DNA of 58,224 nucleotides, counting the filler, from Platydemus manokwari (lineage: Eukaryota): assembly GCA_037951405.1 (NCBI GenBank). It is 5 parts of 5 records of this genome, joined end to end, with 100 filler letters (N's around TTAATTAATTAA, not from the genome) between each part and the next. Parts side by side here need not be neighbours in the genome. Positions count along the whole stretch, not along the records: positions 1 to 9,222 come from JBBMOY011281317.1; positions 9,323 to 20,856 come from JBBMOY010617770.1; 3 more parts are not named here. One strand, written 5' to 3'. The notes under the pieces were generated by a model. The model saw nothing but the letters and a program-made list of their open reading frames with translations, was not told the origin of the DNA and did not search any database. A program made the position numbers and the translations under genes. Positions 1 to 12,584 of the stretch are shown piece after piece (positions within the stretch are counted from its first letter, which is position 1; each line of letters opens with the position of its first letter).

Positions 1-71
<71 letters not shown>
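1..71. repeat. (TAA)n microsatellite within the first asparaginase intron
   Basis: Uninterrupted ATAATAATA... run from the window start to about 71. Confidence 0.95.
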
Positions 72-126
72 CCATAAATAAAATCCTTAAAATTATTTCA
101 TAATTTTATAATTTATCTAATCCAAC

Positions 127-440
127 CTAAATCTCTCATCATTAAACATTGGTAGTCTGACAAGAGCTTTACAGAAATAATTCGGCTCAGGCTCATATGC
201 ACCATTTTTCATAGACATCCCAATTGTTCCACCAGTGTAGAGAATCAAAATTTTCTTAATCTCTTTACAATCTGGATCCAACTTCTTCAATTCATCTTTT
301 GACAGCGAAGGTATCTGTGAACCATACTTGACTTTCGGTTCATAATACTTGTCAATATTTTTTAATTCTAAACTGCTTTTGGGTGTTATTTTATTGGCAG
401 CTTCTTCATTAGGCTGATTGTTAACAGATTTCTGAGCCAT
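127..440 (-). CDS. ASPG: Type I cytosolic L-asparaginase / 60-kDa lysophospholipase, first coding exon (gene continues beyond the window start)
   Basis: ORF 117..440 contains the asparaginase active-site motif ILILYTGGTIGM followed by GAYEPEPNYF..L..LPMFND. Splice donor AG|GTTGGA at 127/126. Confidence 0.85.
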
Positions 441-1801
441 ATCTATTACTAGGTATAAATGAAAGTAAAAATTAACTTAAAAATAAAAAATATAACTTAT
501 TTAGAGTGCTTAACATTCATGTTGATATGTATTTCAATTTATATCGAAAGTATTGACCTTGAAATTTAACACAAATTTAATTAATTTAAAGAAATAAAAA
601 TAAGCTTAGTTAAATTTAAATTTTTTGAAGATCTAAATATTAGTATTCATATCATCTATAAATAGTAATTAAAATATTAGATTTATAATTAAAATACATA
701 TGAATAATTTACAAATGACTTAACATTGGTAACCTATGAATAATTTAGTCACTAAACAATTAATTTCCTGAATCTTTTAGATATAATTTTTCTGAGAATG
801 AGAATTGGAGGATAGAACTCTAACACGTCAATTCTCATCAATTGTTTCTTAACATTTATCGTTTAACAATTTTAACGGTAAGATTTCTGTTAGAATTTTC
901 AAATGCCTATATTTTTTGATTGTTTAATTGACTAATAATCAACCTTGAATCTCTAAAATTTTAAATACAGATTTATTTACCGCCGATGTCAATTTACTTA
1001 ACTTTAGCCAATTTTTTTATTAGAATAAGTTTTAATAAATAAGGAAATAATACCATGCCAATATTAGATTTATAAATTTTAAATTACTGTCTTCTGATGG
1101 AATGAAAGTTTTTATGTAATTATCTATTTTTTGAATTAGAAAATCTTTCATAGCAAGATTTATTTTTTTAATTTTATTGATGGATAAATAATTTTGATCA
1201 ATTTCAAAACAAGTAATAATAAATAAATGCATTTTTGGTATGACGGACTCCTAATTCGGTTTCTATAATCAGTCTTGATATTATTTTACGAACCCCGTAA
1301 AACTCAGTAAACATTTGAACTACATATCCATCATCAAATTATGAACCTAATAGTAACTTCAACCAACTAGTCTTCCGAAAAATCACTCCAGTCTAAATTT
1401 AAGTGAAAATTGTTTTACAAATAAGCCCCCCATTAAGTGCACGTCAAAATATTCCAATACATTCGATATATAAATTTTAAAAAAATAAGAACTCATACAA
1501 TTTCATTTCAAATTTGCAATAAACCATTTTTCAAAAATAAACTTGAAAACTTAGAGACAATAGAAAAATATATTTTACATTAATAATCTAAGATAAAAAT
1601 GTACAAAAGAACAATTGTGATATTGAATAATTACAAGGTCAGTAAGCATCATCATTACCGTGTAACTATTTTAAATTCAATTTTAAAATTAAATCACGAA
1701 GTCAAAACTAATTGATATCAAAAATTTCGCAAAAGAAAACCGATACTCGCACGGTTTAATGATTATTTAAACAAATAACACATTTTTTTCAATAAATAAA
1801 T

Positions 1802-4800
1802 TTACAGATCTGAAAAATCATAACTAGAATAAATAGGATTATTCTTTGATATTTGATCAGCAGTTAATGCACCCCCGTGGTCAATATATTCCACTGGATA
1901 TCGATCGTTGTTTATGGAGGACCAATTAGGATCGGGCGGATTTTGGCCATTGGGATTATGATTGATATTCATCATATTGAAGTTTCTTTCGTCGTAAAAT
2001 GGAGGAGTCGTATAATTATTGGAAAGACTATTCATTACGAATTGCGGCTGCATAATCGGTGGTGGTTGATTGTAGAACAGCTGTGAATTATTGGGATATT
2101 GCGAAACAAAAACTGGTTGAACGGAATAAACCAATCCCTGTGGATTGGTTGAAGAATGATGACAAGGACAAAGACAACCTCGATTGAAATTGTTTGAGTT
2201 TTCACTTAATTTACAATTGCAACATATTTGATTGGGATAATTTTGAGACTGGGGATTTGTGAACAATCCTGAAATCAATGGGGAACTTGATGGTTCGTTG
2301 TAGGTAACTGAATAGTTGACACTAGACGTTGAGCAACTGCTTGAAATACTAGCGTCTTCAGTTGGGTTTTTATTGATTAGAAAGGGGGGTTTATAAAATG
2401 AAGCTGAGTTTCCATCGGGATTCAATATTTCAACTGGCTTACTTTCTGGTTCACGGATTTCAAATAAATTATTGATTTGGTTTTTAGAATTTTGTACAGG
2501 AACAGAAGTTTCGTCATTAGTTTGTTGTGGATTGTTAATTAATTGGATATCGTCGATATCGCCACTGTTTTCTTTGAACGTAGGAGTATCAGGTTTATTT
2601 GTTTTATTTTCTTTATTATCTTTTATGGCAAACAAATCACCAGTACGAGACACACGAAGAAATTTCCCTTTTGAAGTGTATATAATTTCAAGAGGTTCAC
2701 CGGCTGTTATTTTAGTTCTGTTGTCTTGGCCTGCTTGACTATTCACAACACGAGGAGTCGGTGGAAAATTGAGGTCTAAAATGTTAATTTAACTATAAAC
2801 TGTCGTTATAAAAAAGCTTTGTTACTATTTAATCTTTGGCAATGATGACAAACAGTTAAATGTTTTAGGACAAGATTTGTTTTCTTTAGCATAAGTTAAA
2901 ATAATGTAAAATTTAATGAGAAAAGATTTCATGAAATTTATAAATTTCCAAAAAATGAAAGTTCTCTCTCAACAAATTATGATTGATGATAGAATTTAAT
3001 CATAATGATAACTGAATCTACAATATCTAATGGTTGTTTAATATTTAACGAATTATTATTAGTTTAATAGAAAATTCAGATAAAATAAATATTTTTCCAA
3101 AAACGGATGCGATGATATTAACATAGTTCGACAATATGCTACAAGAATATTTCATTGTGAAATTATCAAGTGCTTCAAAATTTTGACATAAAATTTGATC
3201 AATGAAAGTTTTGATAGTTTAAAGACAAACAAACAAAAATATATGGTTAATATACAACCAGATTGTCATTAAACAATTATTAGTAAATCACACCGAAATT
3301 AGAGTCGAGTCAGATTAGAAGATTCAACCACCTTATGATCTGAGTATCATCAGAATAAACATTTATATTAAATTATAAACCGTAAAAAATATTCTATCAA
3401 GTCTCTTACTTCACTTGTATATGAAAATGATGAATGTAAACACAATGAATACTTTTCTGTTAAATTGAGCGTTAATAATTATAATGAAAAATAACCTGAG
3501 AAGCAAGCATTAAAATTTAAAACCTAAGAGAGATTCAAAATAATTGTGATATTATAAAAGAATGAATAATATTTTTGATGATGAAACAATTGTTACTGCA
3601 CTATTTTGACAGGTCCTATATAAAATGGACGAATCTATCGAACACTGATAAAACTGAAATGATTGTATTGCTCAGTGGCCTAGTACCATATTATAGTCCA
3701 GAAATATCTAGTAAATTTATCATGTGTACCATATAATTATAGATAATTATGAAATACATATAAATAAATATAATATATTCTGATAATATCGCTTGAAAAT
3801 TATCATTTAAAAATTTTGACATACAGTAAATTTATTCACGAATTAAATTCTTATAATATAAACAATTTAATAATTGTATCACAATAAAAATATATTTTTC
3901 AAATATCAATCCAATGAGATTTCAGTGTAAATATAATCAAAATAACCATACCAGTTGTCGCCGTTATTTTAATAACTTTGAAATTTCGATCTGACTTCGA
4001 TTCGGACGAGCTATCAGCTTTACTCTTTACAGGATGAGGCTGAACTTTTGATGCATCACCACCAGTTTGTTGTTGATCAGTACTGGGTTGCTTTTGGACA
4101 GTGAGATCTGAGTAATAGATCAATAATGTTAACACAAATAAATCAATATCAGATCATATAACATAGATTATATTATTAAATATTGGAAATAATATTCTAA
4201 GTTTTGTTGTCACCTGGACTATCATTTTTCAATCATTAGGACTCATTACTGACAAAAACCCTATTTACGATTAATTATCTAAACTTGACAAGTTGAAAAT
4301 ATTAAAACATGTTAATTTAAAAGTCAATCTCTAATCAAAAAGATAAATTGTTATCAATATTGGCTATATTAGGAGTCAGTGTTCTCATGATCCATTTCAA
4401 TTTCAGATCATTTTAACATTTAATGATATACCATAATAGATAATATTGATATACATCAAGTAGTCACAGTAACCAATAGTTTTTCTTACAAATATCTCGA
4501 ATTGTAATACCCATGTCCATCTATAAATGGGATGATTGATAATAAATGAAATTCATAAATTTACAATTAATAGAAAATCTAAATTGCCACGAGGAATCCG
4601 TATTAATAAAACTTGGTCAAATTGGACCTAATATAAGAATAATGCACACATATAACTCTTTATACATATAAATTGAACTTGTTATAGAACCTCCACGGGG
4701 TCGAAAAATATAAAAAGATAAAGTAAATAAAAATTTATATAAATTTCGATCTACTAATTTAATATAAGCGTATTTCGAAATACAACAAGTGCTTTCTAAA

Positions 4801-7800
4801 ATACTGTTCATTATAATATTATTTACGTGCTGAATCCCAACTCATTTCCATACGATATTGAATAAATTAAAAAAAATGAATTTATAAACTCGTTTCAATT
4901 ACCTGGTTCTGTGTTTACTTTGGGTTTCGAACGCAACAAAATTGGATCCTCTTCATCATCTGAAACAGCAATAGGAAATGGACCTGGAGTACTTTTTGTA
5001 AATCCACAACGTAAGCGAGCTTGTTCAATTTCTCTTAATAAAGCCGAATTAGGACGCACCATTAAGTTTTGAGGTCGAACAAGATTTTTGCTTAGGTTGA
5101 ATCTATTTTGATTATGATTGGAAACGGTAGGATTGTTTATTAGAGTGGGTAATATAGATGATCGATAGGCAGTTAATGGGGGTCTAAATATAATAACCAT
5201 TTCATAAAGTGAACCGAAGTACACCAAACAATAATATAACATTTTCTGGTATGATAATAAATTGTCTATTTTTCCTTTTTTATTAAACTATAGTTTGAGT
5301 AATTTTTAACGAAATATTAGCTAAAGATTTTTTTTATTATTTATACATTTCAAAAAATGAATTTATCTCTAAACTATTCATAAAATTTCGTTAAAAATAT
5401 GAGTACGTATTGAACATTGTCATAGATTTTTCATATTATTTTATTTAATAAATTATCGATAATTGCGTAAATATTCTCTACTAGATGCCATTGGCTTCAG
5501 CACATGCAATAATGTACAGCCTATATGGGGACTACCTCGTTAAAAATGTTTTTGGAATCTAAAATTTTATATTCCCGACTGATTTTTGCAAAAATTAAAC
5601 TATTGTTTAAAAATTTTCCACATTCATGATCAAATTAAATCAAAATTTCATCAATATCATCGAAACATCAGGTTTAAATAATACAGATGAACTATAGTTT
5701 GATTTCACATTTCCATAAAACCATAATCTCAAGTAAAAATGCTAAGCTATTGCATTTATCATGATTGTTATGTGGAAATTTAAAATCCAAAAAAACTGTT
5801 TGATAAAATATTATTTAATTATCCAAAACTATTAACAATCCATTATAAATTAAACCGGAAACATTCATCTAAAAATATTATCTCGAATTTATTTATTTAT
5901 TTACAATTTTATAATTTGTTTACATATTCATCCAATATCAATAACAAAATTGTTCTAATCGATAATATTTTAGAAACAATCAAACTGAAATCCATAAAAA
6001 TGCACCAACCAAAACAAACAAAACCAAAAATAAAAGATTTTAAATCCATAAAGATACCTCCCTTCTTAGCGGATGATTTAATGGGATCCCTGCCCCTAAT
6101 CTATAAAAAATTGTAATTATCATATTAAATGATATTTACATAGTTTTTATATGCAATTTTTGACACCAAATCAGATAATTTCTGTAAAAACATCTCCAAG
6201 AATTTCCTATGTCTAACATAATCGCCAACATAATAAATACCTGAAATCATCAAGCGTAAGATCTACAACATCTGAAACTTTATGAGATCGTATATGGTTC
6301 TGTTTATGAAAATTAAATCGCTTTTTCAAAATATTATTCTTTTTATAGGCGCGTTTTCTAAAACCCAAATGATTAAAATTTAACAGTAATATTAATAATA
6401 AATCGTCATAAAATAATATCACATGATTAAATTTTTCATTAAACAATATTTCTAACCTATTATTGATTACTGCTTCATTGACAGGGACTGTAGTTTTTAT
6501 GTAATAATCAGCATAGCTATTCTTCTGATAATACAAGGACTGACGTTTGTCTAACTCATATCGCTCCTTAGCTTTGATTTTCTCGCGTCGGGTCAAACGA
6601 TAGTCTTTTCTATCGATTAACAGAGACTCGTGAGTGAAAGGGACTTTGGTAACCCAATTAGAATGGTTTTCCAAAATTCTACCAAGAATTGGATCCTCTT
6701 CACCACAACCGCCTTTCATTTCATCAATATTCTCTACTGTCAAGCCAGGTATATCCTTGTCTTCATATTGGACAAGAACTTGTACTTGAGATCGTGTAAA
6801 CTGTTGTCCAGGATTAGATTCGTCGACTACTCGATCAGAGATTCCTTGTTTTGCTACCTATTTATTAATATCCAATGAATTTCAAAACATTTTTCAAGAA
6901 GGTTTTTCGCAAAAAAACGAATTCAAATTTATATACCTGTCGATCGTAGATCTTCTTCTCAATAGTATTATCCGTTACAAGTCTGTATATAAAACATGGC
7001 TTTTGTTGACCATACCTATAAACACGACATACAGCTTGGCAATCATGACAAGGATTCCATGATGCATCGAAAACGACGACCCTATTAGCACCAATAAGAT
7101 TAATTCCAAGACACCCAGCTCTTGAAAAAAAAATGTAAACAATGACACTAATTATGTGGATAAAAGTAATTTCAAAAACCTCGTAGATAATAAAAACAAA
7201 AATGCTTCAGAACCAGGTTCGTTAAATGATTTAATCATCCGTTCTCTTTCAGTGGCTGATGTGCTCCCATCGAGTCCTACATCAAGTCATCAATGAAAAT
7301 AATAAATAACTCTGAAACAATAGGTGTTTATCAAGTACGGTCAAATCATTGTTCAAAAGATAGTCTTGACAATGAATAGTGAAGAGAGTTAGAGAAGGAA
7401 AATTTTTGATTTTTCAAAACAATAATCACAAATTTCTGTTTCAATCATGATATTTTTAGTATTTATAAAATTATGGCAAAACTTTCAATGTTTCCAAATG
7501 ATTTCAAACCGCTTTTTAAAAATCAATAAATAAAATTAGTTATTAATCAATTAAATAATTGATGAAATTGTGATTTCCGACACTTCTCTTCCACTTTTCT
7601 CTTCAAATTAAATGACTGAATCAAACAATACTCGCTTAAAATCACCATTATGGTCAATCTATTTGTCATTTACTATCAATTACACACAGTGTATATCATT
7701 GAATATTATTATTATTATTATTGTGCTTTTAATATTATTTTATCGACTGTAATAATAAATTTTGATTTGGTGGGTTAACAAAATATTCGATTATAGTTTA

Positions 7801-8648
7801 CGAGAAAGAAAATATCACATGAAAATTATAACCATCTCAAATGCATTTAAGATGCTTCATTGATAATCTTTTAGGTCATTTTTAATTCATTTACATCAGT
7901 TTTTGATTAAAATCGGTTAATATCTCGCTCTATCCATCTGTTAAACGGGTGAGAGAGTTTAGTTTCAAGACAGTTCCACTGTAATTACAAAGCAAACATA
8001 AATCTTACTAAAATACGTTTTGTTTTTCTCCCAAACGAAATTATTCTGGTCTGTACTCTGTTTTAAAAACAATTCGATAAGATCGAGTGTTAATAAACTT
8101 TGACTGAAAACCAGCATTTTATCACCATAACGAATGCTTTCTTCAAGTAGGGCTAAAAATATAACAATTTTTCCACTGTTTTCTTTACATTCCGGTTGAT
8201 ATTGTTCTCCATTTATCAAATACCAAATATCTTCAGTGACCCATGCATACGGATCAACGTTATCACCGTCTTTATTCATAATGCTTTCAAGATAAGAAGA
8301 ATATGACATATAATGAGCAGGAATTTTCGTTGATGACACAGGCGCATTGGGATAACCGTTTTCTTTGATCGATGATCGATTTGAGCTATCTTGATAATTG
8401 CTATCGGTTTCCATTCGACTATTGCTATCTTCTTCATTGGATTCCAAAGTAGCAGGACTCGATATAGTTTGAGATGTTTGTAATGCCTTTTTGCTATCTT
8501 TTATTCGATTTTTTACTTTGGATTTTATGGCTGTCGATTTGGAATTGTTGGGTAGTTCATCATCAATGTCAAAATCGAAATCGGGATCGGGTCTGGATAC
8601 TTTTTGTTCTTTTAGAACTCTAAATAAAATATCCGGGTGGTTCCAAAT
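1802..8648 (-). CDS. RAD54L2: RAD54L2/ARIP4-like SNF2-family helicase, 3' portion (5' exons lost at the contig end)
   Basis: Phase-consistent GT-AG exons (minus strand): 8009-8648, 7180-7276, 6937-7120, 6457-6857, 6241-6357, 4903-5183, 3952-4107, 1802-2775. Motifs [15 protein letters not shown]...[99 protein letters not shown] and [12 protein letters not shown] match the ARIP4 branch of the ATRX/ARIP4 subfamily. The last three exons are joined on splice phase only. Confidence 0.88.
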
Positions 8649-9222
8649 CTAGAAATTGCATTCCATCGTTAAAATTTCGAATCTTAGAAACTTTATTAAG
8701 AGAATTTATATTTTACAAATTAAAATTGTTTATTTTGTTATTTATGTCATTTCATATAAATATAAATAAATAAAAATAATTCTATAAATGTCTTAAAAAC
8801 ATAATTTTTCAAATCATCGATCAAACCTCAACAACAAAAGTACAAATAAAGTAAATAAATAAATTTTAATTAATATGGTTATTTTCCATCATATTCCATT
8901 AATTTAAATTAAATTTGACATCTCTAATAATAAATTGATTCGACAATTATTTATCAGTATAATAGTGTGGGATTTATGCGAATCATACAAAGATTACTGG
9001 TGACAACATATTAATTTTCATTAAAAGAAAATTTTAATGTTAAAAACATCATAATTATAGGAAATTATAACAAATGAAAATCAAAATGAATTTTAAGAGC
9101 AATTCAAATGATCGCCAGTGATCAATTAAATATTGTAAAACATCCTAAATTATTCTCTCTCTGAGCTTTCATCAATAATTATAATCAGATTATGTTTTTA
9201 TAAATAAATTTATCTCCTAACA

Positions 9223-9322
9223 NNNNNNNNNNNNNNNNNNNNNNNNNNNNNNNNNNNNNNNNNNNNTTAATTAATTAANNNNNNNNNNNNNNNNNNNNNN
9301 NNNNNNNNNNNNNNNNNNNNNN
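9223..9322. other. Artificial contig spacer (44N + TTAATTAATTAA + 44N)
   Basis: The same 100-bp construct occurs four times. TTAATTAATTAA puts a stop codon in all six frames. Confidence 0.97.
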
Positions 9323-9454
9323 TTTTGTCTCGTTGGCAGAAATGTATCGAATCCAATGGGCTTTATTTTGATTAATAAACTTATTTTTTAAGCGAGTTAA
9401 AGTCTTTTAAAGTTGCTGTTAGATAACGGCCATTATTTTTGCACCAACCTAATA
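9323..9454 (+). mobile_element. 3' end of a mariner (Hsmar1/cecropia-like) DNA transposon: transposase C-terminus, right TIR and TA
   Basis: 9325-9375 reads LSRWQKCIESNGLYFD*, the typical mariner transposase C-terminus. It is followed by ...ATAACGGCCATTATTTTTGCACCAACCTAA (ends 9452) and TA. The reverse complement TTAGGTTGGTGCAAAA matches the Hsmar1/MADE1-type TIR start. Confidence 0.88.
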
Positions 9455-12400
9455 TTTATCTGGCGTGCCTTTTATTTTCTGACCCATTTCTTTATGTACC
9501 AGTATGGCACACATTTTTATGAAAATCAATATATAAACAATTACAAGCCGTTTGTAATTCATTTTATTTTATTGAACATTTAGATAACAGTAGTTTTGAA
9601 TTATTTTTTAATTTTTAGACATATGAAAAATGTTGGAACGGCTTTTTTATCGTTATGTTATTGGCAAGAGTTTGTGGCAAGTCACGAAGTGACATTTTAG
9701 TGCTCTAAAGATTAAGAAAAAACCAAAAACACATTTTTAGCTTAGAATTTATCCTCACATTTTTCTATGAATGACGACATTGTTATAATCAAATATCACT
9801 TCAAATTATCAGAAAATTTTTCTCATATGTCAGAGTAAACCGTCGAAATTTCATGGCTAGTTTTTCTCAAAATTTCTTTCTGAGCCATGTTTCTTATGAG
9901 GTAATCTAGTTTGACTCAAATTAATAATTTATTATTGATGATTTGAATCATTAATAATTTAGAAGATAGAAATCGATAATTAATTATTGCACCAAGGATC
10001 TGGCAACTAACACATAATTAGGTGAGTTTAATAAGTCAATAAATAACAAAGAAACGATATAATAAATATGTTGGGGTTTTGGCCCAACAATTAATCCATA
10101 GGAATCCATAATTCACATTGGAACAAATATGTGTAAACATTTGCATGACAATATTTTTGAAATGTGTATTGATTTTTTATTGTACCTATTTTTATTTAAT
10201 CAGCATAAAACCTAATACTTTGATTTTCCTTCGCCTCGATCGATTCTAATTCACGTATAAAGACGCGATAAGCGGCTCTAGATATTGCTTATAATATTTT
10301 GATATTATTTACCAAACTATCAGTCTCTATACCTCTCGTTTGCATCTTCCAAAAGGGTAATGAATTTGATAATATCCATTATAATGTTACGTTTGGGCCT
10401 TTATGATTTTATTGTTTAACTAAGCTTAACGTTATTTGATATCACTACTGTCTTAATCAGTCTCTATGAGCTCTTGATTAAGGTTGCAAGTGTAATCTAC
10501 CTTATATTGATGTTCTTTCACATTGCACAGCCTTATTGTGTTAAGACAATAGGTGTAGCATTAGAGATATATACTTTACCCTATTCAAACTGTTAACTAT
10601 GTTTATTACTATGGTTACGAATAATTGACTTTACAATCCCTATATAATTAAGAACTAAAATTTAATGTTACAAATGTTTATTAAATATAATAATAATTAT
10701 TCAATAAAATCTATGAACTAAAGAGTCATTAATTATTGAAAATTGTTAACGGAAAAAACCATTTATTAAGTCAATAATAAAATAGCTATTTTTGCAGACA
10801 TGATACTGTGTTTCTGCCTAAATGAAAAATTTAAAAAATTACAATTTAAATCACAATAGATAACGCAACCCGAATTGTCACTAAACACTGTCAAAATCAC
10901 ACTTATTGATCGAAGAATAATCTATGTAAGTTGAAATTAGTACCAGAAAGATAAGCGTCAATCATAAAGATTGGCTGTCAGAAAATCACGTAAAAGTCAC
11001 ACAGAATAAGAGTTACCGACCAAAAGACTAGCAGGTGCTCGTGAAATCAATATTCTTTTACAGGTTTATCATGTGTATCACTCGATGTCTTACAGCTTCA
11101 CTTTTCATTTAATTGAATAACTCTCACATTCGGCTGTTAGGAAATATTCTTGTATCTCTCGTGCAATGGTAAATCTCTATGCACCAGTTGATTATTGAAT
11201 TCTAAATATGGATTAATATATCGGAATAATTTGATTAGCTATTAACATGCACGTTTGTCGAATTTGTGTGAGTGTACTTTTATTTCCATGATTTTCGTGA
11301 ATATTTTGTTTGTCTATGTGATTTACCCAACATATCTCTTCTTCCTCATAAGATTTTATTCCAAAATCTTAAATTGTGTTGGTAGATCCTGTCATTTGAG
11401 GTTATTTATACTATTTCTGATATAACTGAATAATAATCATGGCGATTCTAATAAAAGAAAATCAATTCGTAGATGTTACTCATTAAAATTAGCTAATGTA
11501 TCAATAATGAGATGGAATCAAGGTTTTGATCATATATAATTTAAGCTCAACGCTGGATATGACTAACCAGTACCCTCATTTAAACCAAATAAATCTCGAA
11601 AATACACCGACACTAAATTCTTCAATTCAATCCTGAGCAAATCAAACACAAACTAATCTATTTCTACATCTATGGCTTTAAGTACTATGTTTGGATTTCA
11701 TCGAAAGGGTTCACTCTTATTTTATAGCTTAAAACTTACAGATCGGTATTTCACATTAATTTAGTTTAAAAATATTTTATAAAAAATGGAATTTTAGAAT
11801 TTATGGAATTTTACTTATGTTTATCTATTCCTATTTAACTCTACGTGGCTGCATTATTCAATTAGTCTTGTGTTATCAAATACAATCGATAATAATCAAT
11901 ATATAAAACATATGAACAATGATAAGCATTGATTTAATAAGTAATCAAGGTCAATGTTTTGTTCAAATTAACTTTAAATGTATTTTATTTCATTATCGAA
12001 CTATTATAGATGGGTCAAGCAATTTATGCTTTTTGTTATTTTCTTTTGATTTTGTAATTAATGAAAATTCCAATTCAAATTAAGATTTCCGCATCAATAT
12101 CCAGTACCTCATAATTCAAATATATTAAATTGTTGAATCATAATTCATCGAGTAGCCCTAAGTAATCTTTACTTTTTCAGAATGGTTGATCATAGATTCT
12201 GAAGCTAAGTAAAGAAAATGTATTTATAAATTAAGTTATTCTAATTTTTTTCATCTTAATGCAATGAATATTATTACTTTGTCTTTAAAAGTCCGGAGCA
12301 ATCTCACATATTGGTTATTTTTCGAAAATAAGTTAAAGAAATTAAAAATTCAGTAGTTTAGTAAAAATTCAAGTAGAAATTTTAATAAATATATTTAATA

Positions 12401-12584
12401 TTTTGATTATATATCGAATTTTATTAGTATTATATAGGTTCTAATAAAAATATAATATACTTTATTAAAATTTTTATTAATTTAGCATTTAAATAAATTT
12501 TAACAATTTATATTATATTAGACTTTTGTTTTAAAAATAAAACTTTATAATTTTAGAATATTATTTTGCCAATTTTTAAAATTC

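Noticed and set aside
1877-2738. Plus-strand ORFs 1877..2086 and 2472..2738
   Set aside because: They are antisense shadows of the last ARIP4 exon.
3613-3737. FN3-like peptide ([14 protein letters not shown]) antisense in an ARIP4 intron
   Set aside because: It is only about 40 codons with one weak motif and no supporting exons.
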